Below, in pieces: positions 19,677 to 27,840 of a stretch of 64,000 nt of DNA. Each line of letters opens with the position of its first letter. The stretch's first letter is position 1. Both the position numbers and the translations under genes were made by a program. The notes under the pieces are model-generated. The model did not search any database and had not been told where the DNA came from. It saw only the letters and a list, made by a program, of their open reading frames with translations. Source of the stretch: Meyerozyma guilliermondii. Lineage: Eukaryota. The stretch spans positions 868,001-932,000 of the forward strand of contig CP128819.1 in the NCBI GenBank assembly GCA_051546255.1, in the 5' to 3' direction.

Positions 19677-21515
19677 CTAATTTCTTTGTTTCTTGTTGCG
19701 CTTCACCTTCACCTTTTGCTGTCCCCCAAATCCCCCAAAATTGAAATGGGCTCCCCCACCACCTTGGTTCATAAACTGGCTGAAAAAGTCTCCGTTGAAT
19801 TGAAATCCAGGTCCTCCACCATGTTGAAATCCACCACCTCCTCCTCCGGCTCCCCGAGGATCATTGGGATCATCTCCTCTGTCGTAACGTTCTTTTAACT
19901 CTTTGTCTGACAAAACTTCATAAGCTTGATTGACCTCTTGCATTTTGGCTTCCATCTCCTCTGGGGTCAAACCACTTCCTTTTTGCTTATCTGGATGATA
20001 TTTGAGTGTCTTGGCACGGTAGGCTTTGCGAATGGTCTTTTCGTCGGCATCTCGGCCGATATCTAAAATTTTGTAGTAGTCCTTTTTGACATCATAACTG
20101 TGTCTTTGCTGCTGTTGCTGCTGTTGGCGCTGCTGTTGTTGGCGGTGGAATTGTCTTTGTTGTTGCTGCTGCTGTCTCGCATGCACTTTTCTTTGGTATT
20201 CTTCTATAATAGCAGCTCTTTTTTGAAACTGTCTTGTGTGCTTGACTTGGTTATTAAACAGCTCCAACATATTGTGTGCCTCTTGATATTTCTTGTTGGC
20301 CAATAAAGTATCAATTTCTTTGAGGTATTTAGGAAGAAACTTGTTCTCTGGTACATCGTGTACCTTTTTGCAAAACGACTCTGCTTCTTTTTGTCTATTT
20401 GTTGAAACGAGGGCTTCACATCCGAGTCTGTCAATATCGTGAACAAACTGAAATTCTCCTTTGAATTTGGAACCCAAGTACTTCTTGACAAACCCTTGTT
20501 GTTTGTAAATCAAATAATCGTAATTCGTCTTGACGGAATATGGTAGTTTTTTCGATTCAAGTTTGGTCACCTTGAGCTCATCTTTAAATAAAAAGGTGGC
20601 AATTTTTTCGAAGTCTACCTGTAAATCATCCACCTCTTTGGAGGATCCCTGCTCTGCCACGACGTACAAGTGACCAAGCTGGATCGAGTAGGCCTCTAAT
20701 ACTTTGAGAAAGTCGCCATATTTGGAATAGAACTTGGATTCTCCAGTGCAGTCTTTGAACTCGTTATCAACCTTTATACACTGCTTGATATAAGTTTTTG
20801 CCTGGTCAAACTGACTCGTGAAATAGAGCAAAAACCCGGCTATCTCCTCGTACCACGAAAGATTCGATGACTTTTGGTGTTTGATCATGTGAGCAAGGTC
20901 CCTGATGATAAGTCTATAAGTATCAGGTGACAATTCACCATGTTTAGAGCACTCTAAATGCAACTGGTATGGTGCAAATCCAAGAGGAGCAAGTTCAATA
21001 GCTCCCTGGGCGTGTTCCATGCACTTTGGGTAATCTTTTGTAGATTTGCACTTTTCTGCTTCTTCCATCTGATGGTTGTAGGCGGCAATTTTCTCCTTCA
21101 CAACAGACTCTTCGGTCTCATCTAGCACTTTGGTGATTGCCATGAGTCCGTTGACGTCTCCTCGTTCCATCATTAACTCAACAATTTTTGTTCGGGCCGG
21201 AACCATTGATGGGTCCAATTCAAGTACCCGCTTAAGATCATCAATGGCACGAATTTCTCGGTTTAAACTGAGTTCTATCAATGCTTTTTTATAATACAAC
21301 TGAGGCAACTGAGAGATCACCTTCAAGTCGGTTCCAGTGTAAGATTCGAGATCTTGGACCATAGAATCGTAGTGGTTCAAGACATCAAAAGTCGGTCCTT
21401 TGCTAGATAAAAGTGAATGAGTTTTATCGATGCGTTCTAGTAAGTTGTCGTGGTTACTACTGGCGGCAGTGAGAGCCGTCAACGTCAATAACAACGCAGA
21501 GGCGAAACAAACCAT
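19677..21515 (-). CDS. JEM1: ER-luminal TPR + J-domain co-chaperone (Jem1/P58IPK-like)
   Basis: Signal peptide, TPR-like helices, poly-Q tract, KDYYKIL...YHPDK J domain, G/F-rich tail. Confidence 0.85.
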   Translation of the reverse strand: MVCFASALLLTLTALTAASSNHDNLLERIDKTHSLLSSKGPTFDVLNHYDSMVQDLESYTGTDLKVISQLPQLYYKKALIELSLNREIRAIDDLKRVLELDPSMVPARTKIVELMMERGDVNGLMAITKVLDETEESVVKEKIAAYNHQMEEAEKCKSTKDYPKCMEHAQGAIELAPLGFAPYQLHLECSKHGELSPDTYRLIIRDLAHMIKHQKSSNLSWYEEIAGFLLYFTSQFDQAKTYIKQCIKVDNEFKDCTGESKFYSKYGDFLKVLEAYSIQLGHLYVVAEQGSSKEVDDLQVDFEKIATFLFKDELKVTKLESKKLPYSVKTNYDYLIYKQQGFVKKYLGSKFKGEFQFVHDIDRLGCEALVSTNRQKEAESFCKKVHDVPENKFLPKYLKEIDTLLANKKYQEAHNMLELFNNQVKHTRQFQKRAAIIEEYQRKVHARQQQQQQRQFHRQQQQRQQQQQQQRHSYDVKKDYYKILDIGRDADEKTIRKAYRAKTLKYHPDKQKGSGLTPEEMEAKMQEVNQAYEVLSDKELKERYDRGDDPNDPRGAGGGGGGFQHGGGPGFQFNGDFFSQFMNQGGGGAHFNFGGFGGQQKVKVKRNKKQRN

Positions 21516-21609
21516 GGTATTGATGAGGTGTCGCTAAATGCGATCGCTAATTGCGGTCGCGCATGGAAATTCGAAGCGGCTATAGACGGAGTGAATATTT
21601 ATTAGTCGA

Positions 21610-22815
21610 CTACTTGAATAATTTGGCAAGCGACACTGCACCTTCGTCGTTCTTGGACATCACCTTGGCCACTGCCAACTCAAAGTCTTCTTGGGTAACG
21701 TGGATTCTTCTTTCTCTCAAGGCGTACATTCCTGCTTCCGTGCACACACCTTTGACATCGGCACCGGAGCAGCCGTTCATCTTTTCTGCGATTTTTCTCA
21801 AATTAATGCCTCTGGTCAAGTTCATAGACCTCGAGTGGATCTTGAGGATATCAGTTCTGGCGCTCACAGTGGGCGCGGGGAATTCGATCTTACGGTCGAT
21901 TCTTCCAGGACGAAGTAATGCCGGGTCAAGAATATCCAATCTATTGGTGGCCATGATGATCTTGATATCCTTCGAGCTCTCAAAACCATCCAATTGGTTC
22001 AAAAGCTCCAACATGGTTCTTTGAACCTCGGAGTCTCCACCAGATGAACCCTCCACTCGGCTCGATCCAATCGAGTCTATTTCGTCCATGAAGATGATGG
22101 AGGGTGCATGTTCCCGAGCCATAACGAACAACTCACGCACCATACGAGATCCTTCACCGATATACTTTTGCACCAATTCGGACCCCAGCACCCTGATGAA
22201 CTTACACTCGGTATGGTATGCCACCGACCGAGCCAAAAGAGTTTTTCCCGTACCTGGCGGACCATACAAGATAACACCCTTGGGCTGGGCAATACCAAGA
22301 CTTTCAAAGAGTTCCGGGTGTTTTACCGGAAGTTCGATCACCTCTCTGATTTCCTTGATCTGTTTGTCGAGTCCTCCCACCATGTCGTATGTCGAGTCTG
22401 GAACCTTTTCCACCATCATCAACGACACCAATGGGTCTACCTTGTTAGGAAGGATCTTGTGGAGGTCGTAGGAGTCTGCCTTCAAGCAAACTCGCAATGA
22501 TGGTGTCAACTTTTTGATATCGATATCCTTGGAAATGTTGACAATGTATTTTCCTTCCGGGTGAATCTTGACCAAAACCTTTTTGAGCCCCATCACCTTG
22601 ACTACTTCGCCCACATACGACCCTGGCTCTTGTAAAAGTCGTAATTCGTCTCTCAATTGTCTGACTTTGTTGTTGAGTTTGTTACGTTGAGCTTCAAGAC
22701 GACGCAAATTTTGGGTTGTAGTTTGGATCTTTATCTCTGCATCTTGGATCTGCTGCTCGAAGAACGGCTTGATGCCGCCCTGGTGCACATAGCGGTTGGT
22801 TACTTCTGCGGTCAT
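21610..22815 (-). CDS. RPT6: 26S proteasome AAA-ATPase Rpt6
   Basis: [22 protein letters not shown][CTG=S][35 protein letters not shown] at 22815. Confidence 0.97.
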   Translation of the reverse strand: MTAEVTNRYVHQGGIKPFFEQQIQDAEIKIQTTTQNLRRLEAQRNKLNNKVRQLRDELRLLQEPGSYVGEVVKVMGLKKVLVKIHPEGKYIVNISKDIDIKKLTPSLRVCLKADSYDLHKILPNKVDPLVSLMMVEKVPDSTYDMVGGLDKQIKEIREVIELPVKHPELFESLGIAQPKGVILYGPPGTGKTLLARSVAYHTECKFIRVLGSELVQKYIGEGSRMVRELFVMAREHAPSIIFMDEIDSIGSSRVEGSSGGDSEVQRTMLELLNQLDGFESSKDIKIIMATNRLDILDPALLRPGRIDRKIEFPAPTVSARTDILKIHSRSMNLTRGINLRKIAEKMNGCSGADVKGVCTEAGMYALRERRIHVTQEDFELAVAKVMSKNDEGAVSLAKLFK

Positions 22816-23909
22816 TGTGTGAAAGGTGGTGAAGATTGCCTCCGAATTGTGAGAACAAGTTGTGGCACGTGACATGATCGCGAGCGAGCGAGCTTCCGGC
22901 GAGCTTCCGAGCTAGCGAGGAAGCGAGATAGCATTGTGGTCAGACTACAAAGGTTATGTAATGGTAGCTACATTCTTGAACAAATGATATCTATGGTACA
23001 GTAATATGAAAGTACTACGAGTGTAATTTTTGTTTCTTCTCAAAATTAAATCAAACTTCTACAGTCCTAAGGCTTACTGTAACTGTTAGTTAGCCTTATA
23101 ATGGTCTTGAGCTTTACCGATTCATAATCATTATGCAACATCACACATTTTCACTGGCATATCATGGTGTCTCCTAGACAGTATTTAGCAATTCCTGAAG
23201 TTCTTCAATTTGCGGGCCAAAGTTACTTTCGCAGCCTCGTTATCAGTTTGTCCTTACCATCATAACTTCGCCTGCAAGTCTCTATGAAGTCGTTCACACA
23301 GTCAAGATTCAAAAGTCATCTAGGTCCACATTTAAATTCACTTTTGGCGGATTTGGCATTAGTTGCCAACAAGACAATATCATTGAATTCAAATCAAATC
23401 ATGATCATCGGTTCAAAAGGCAGTGGCTAAAGGCGATAGGAAAGCCCTAATTTTTTTCATTGTTCGTCGTCCCACTTTTCCATCGCTTCAGCATAAAGAC
23501 CAGAGCAATATACAACGTGCAATTTATGTTGTTCAGACTCTTCTTTTCCAAGAACTTGTTTAATTATGCGGTTCTGCCTCCTGTTGAATTCTACGGCGAA
23601 AGGCGTAAGTAATGTAATGACAATGACATCGAAAATAACACCCATTTTAACAAGCAAATAGTTTCCCGGGCAATAAGGTTGGCATCACTTTTGTAGGCAG
23701 CACTAAGCCTCTATCTATACTAAACTGTGGTATGAAGTTTACGCTTTAGCGATAGCCCGTTTCTCAAAGGACTGCATATAATCAATGGGCTACGAATAAA
23801 GAAAACTATGACGTTTCACTCCATGAATGGGACATATAAATTTATTTCGAGATCCGCTCAAGTTAAATCTCTCTTCCTATAGAGTTTACTTTGTACCGCA
23901 TACACATGA

Positions 23910-24503
23910 TTAGAACGATTGACGCTTTTTCAATTCGTCATGACCATCATTTTTGGGCTTGTCCTTTTCAACCACTTTCATACACATGGCCTTCACTGTA
24001 AATTGACCCAAAACCTTGCATGCCTCAGTAGCAAGCTTCCTTTTATTGCCATTTATATGCACCCAATTATAGCTGCCCTTGGTGCCAGGTTCCCATTTGT
24101 CGCATCACTTTTTAGCCTTTTCTTCCCAGGTTTCCCTCGTCAATACTTCTGCATTATGTGAGGCCAAATAGTAAGTCAAAGTTTGATTTAAAACTTCTGG
24201 GTAAGTATAGTTTCCGTCCGGCCATATCAGTGATTGAACGCCCCAAAACTCGGGAGTAATCAAGCTGCTAACTAAGTCATACGCTGGAGCATATTCCAAC
24301 TCACGTTTTGCCGTATACCCTTCGTCAATGCAAATTGAGTAAACTTGCCCTGCCTCAAGTCGTTTACCACCATCAGCCTTGGATTCTTCGTAGACATAAG
24401 TGAGGCAGGTTGCACAGTCTCGCAAGTGATTACTCGCAGAGACTAATTTGTTGAAGAAAATAGCCACCAAGCAGACAATAATCGTATATTGAGCAACAAT
24501 CAT
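23910..24503 (-). pseudogene. Putative secretory-pathway protein gene interrupted by one in-frame TGA (pseudogene or read-through)
   Basis: 132-aa signal-peptide ORF ends at TGA 24105-24107, but the frame stays open 64 more codons (CDKWEPGTKGSYNWVHING...NDGHDELKKRQSF) to TAA at 23910. Confidence 0.6.
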
Positions 24504-26929
24504 GGCGAACAGATAATTCAGAAAACATGGGATTATTGCCGTACCTTTTTAAATGCCTTCGGCATCCCTGAGCCACTTCAGCCTTCTTTGCAACGGGGCG
24601 CGAGGGGCGTCTCCCAACGCCTGTTGGCCGCTCTAGAACTGTTGCTAGTCATGACAAATATAGTGGAGAATTTGATATGACGCAACATTCAAAATTGATT
24701 TGCATGGCAACTTGATAACATCTAGGAGCGGGCAGGAATGCACTTGTATTGAAATACTCGGTAAATGGTTGCAAAGTTCAAGGTGCATAACAATACAGTA
24801 ATTTTCTCTATCCTTCTCGACTAGCGGATGGTGGTTATTGTACCATATTATTCACTGTAAATTTGGTTACGTTTCTAGATCTTGTCCACGATAAAGACTT
24901 GAAATTTGTATCATGACGATCTCACGCTTTCAAATATCAATGTGTCCTTCCTATAAAAGTGGCAGAGTGCATCAAACCTACGATCTTCAAATCCGTCGTT
25001 GTCTCGACATCAACCATATATTGGCAACTGATAAGCATGCTCCAGAACTAGTGATATTACGAAGACAGTGGTCAATGTACCATCTCTTCACAAAACATAT
25101 CCAATTTACTCTGAAATAGCTGCAGTGTAATGCCCCAATCCAGAACTGTTTCCGACCTCGGCTAGTTACGTAGCGGGGTATATTAACGCTAAGTTTGCAT
25201 GAAATGTTGATAATGGTAGCACTTTTGATTCATCGATGTAAAGTCATTCTGACCTGCACGGGACTATTCTTTTCCATTTGCAATTGTCAAAGTTAGGACT
25301 AAAAAGACATAGAATAGTTCTTTTCCTGGACTTGTGAACTACTACTTTTGTGAATCAGATGCATACGTCAGAAATCCTTGCAGCATACTTTAGAATTGTG
25401 CATATGCAAGTTGCCCATGCCCCAGCATTCCATAACTGTGGGATGTGCACGTTTTTGGTAATCTAGCTGACTTTGTTGAGGTCTTTTGTCCTCAGGATTG
25501 AGATCCTCAAGAGCCTATGACGGTGTGCTGAATCGATGCAGAATTCAAGGTTGTCCTGTCAGAGAGTTTGGCCATGATAAGCTGATATGCAAGATAAGCG
25601 TCGAAGGCAAGTTATCGCGTGAAGGTTGTGAGCGCGTGCATATCTAAAAATATGTCATATTGGGTGCCCTAATCTAGAGGACGTCTACGAAGAATTCTAA
25701 AAATAGTGAATTTTGAGTCGAAACAGCTTCCTGAATACGGCGGTGAGATATACCGCGAGCGTTCGCACTAGCTCTTGTGTATCTTTTTCTGCTGTAGTAT
25801 ATCTTCATGCGTTTCTACTTATGTCGTTTTGAACTTACAACAAGTTTGATGTACAATTGAGGTAAGCATTCGTAAGTGACATGCGGTATTTGAGCGGAAT
25901 GTTCACAACTACATCAGTGACAGATAGATGTACTCTGTTGTCAAGTTTTTTTTGAGGCTTCAAATTGAATAAATTGCAAACAATGCTTGATAAAAAAAAG
26001 AAATAAAGGCGGAATCTAACATTATGTTATAGGGGTGTTTTGTAACAGGACAGGGGTGGGCTAAGGTAGATAAGCTAACTAGAGTTCAAGGGTATGATGT
26101 GTGGAAAGTAAAGAATGGGTACGGATTACACGATGGAATGTTAACACCCTGATTCATTCATGTAATTTCATGGTTCTATTCTGCCCGCTTCTTGTGCTAA
26201 ATGTAACATGTACAAGCTCAAGTGTGCCGATTTCCATTCCGCTCGGTGAAGTCTTATGAAGCTATTCTGTTTACGAAAGTATTTGAATGTACATCTGATG
26301 AGAACAAAATTGCAATTGTTGTACGAACAACACAGATTCAAAAGTGGAGGCTCCACTTGAATTAAGTTTTCACCTTCTTCGTATGCGTGGATCGGGAAGG
26401 TATGACAATATTAACACCCACCAAGCAGTTCAATTCTACAGCTTAGATTCCATTCACTACTTGCATTGATAGTAGATTTGTTAAAATCTGCAAAAATCAA
26501 TTACGTTTCACCAACTAAACTCGAAGGACAATACACTAATTCAGCAAATTCGATGTTTTGGTGTATCTTCGCCTTGAATTGTTACTTACAGAATGCAACA
26601 ATGATCGAGATGGCTTAAGAAATTGGTTATGATGCTAGTGATGCACTTAGCTGTCTAATATTCTCAAACTTCTCATTTGACAACTAAAGATAACCATGAT
26701 ATCTGACAAAGAGCCATCAGAAATGCTTAGAACTGAGCAACAACGTTCAATCGCGACGGTCATTTAGCAAGAATTGAGTCCGTTGCTCTACGTACTTTAG
26801 CAGTCGTCAGCACTGTATATAACCTCAGCCCTCCTGCATTATGACGACCTCACGCGGGTCGTGACTGGCCAGGATTTGGTGCGAATTTGGTGCGGTGGAA
26901 TTATTGCAAATGGAAGGGTTGCAACGTCC

Positions 26930-27214
26930 ATGAGAGTGGTGACGGCACTTTTATGGGTAGTACCGGCCATGGGGTATACACAATACTGCAAATGTGCATG
27001 CACAGAGAAGGCGTCTTTGGTTCGTGTGGTGGAAAAGTGTTTGGATTGCACGTTAAAGATGTGCCAGAATGTGTGTGAAGAGGAGGTTGCGGATATTGGT
27101 GTGAGTTGTTTCCAGCGAGAGTCGTTGAAGGAACAGATTGTGGTGTATTTGTTCGCGGCAACGGTGGTGGTTTTGGTCGGTGTAGGGATGGTGAGAGCGC
27201 GAGCAACTAGGTAG
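26930..27214 (+). CDS. Small Cys-rich single-pass membrane protein of unknown function (94 aa)
   Basis: Signal peptide, CKCAC...CLDC...C...C, SCFQRESLKEQIVVYLF then a TM helix; matches a recalled uncharacterised fungal CKCxC/CFQRDS family. Confidence 0.75.
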   Translation: MRVVTALLWVVPAMGYTQYCKCACTEKASLVRVVEKCLDCTLKMCQNVCEEEVADIGVSCFQRESLKEQIVVYLFAATVVVLVGVGMVRARATR

Positions 27215-27840
27215 ACGAATGAAAATAGATATACAAGTAATGTAAGTAAGGGTATACGAAACAAATTACGGAACAAGTTATACGGAACAAATTGTAGATG
27301 TAATATATGAGTTTTTCTAGCTTATGGCAATCACACTCTTATGCTAAACAAACAATTTAATTTATTGCTACTTTATCGTTTGTTCTGCGCTCAGGCTGCG
27401 AACTGCTGCCAATAAAATAATGAAAATCAGTCAAATTAAAAAACCAACTAAAAACCAAATTCAACCAAAATCAAGCAATACCAAAACAATACCAGAACCA
27501 ATTCAGACTTACATATCTACTTTCTCAATCAATTCCTTCTTCTTCTTTCTCTTCCTGAACCCTCCCGTATCTCCGCCTGCTCGTCCACTCTTGGCCGCGC
27601 ACGACAGCATAGTGAAATTTTTTTTCTGTACACCGTGATTCCACCACTCGTCACCCAATTACTGAGTGACCCCTGGCTGATACGAAGGCCGATTGCTAGT
27701 GGAATCGGCTCTGGAAACCTCGCTGAACAGACTGGATTGTCTTTCACACGCCAAAGTCTCGCTGCTATCGAATTGCATCGCGATCAATTCATCCGTCTCA
27801 GACTACCCCTCGTCTTTGACCCATTAATAGTAGCTTTGCC

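Noticed and set aside
24105..24107. In-frame TGA as selenocysteine
   Set aside because: Budding yeasts lack Sec machinery and no SECIS was seen.
26183..26250. SCAKCNMYKLKCAD resembling half a Zn2Cys6 cluster
   Set aside because: Only three Cys before a stop; no ATG or downstream domain.
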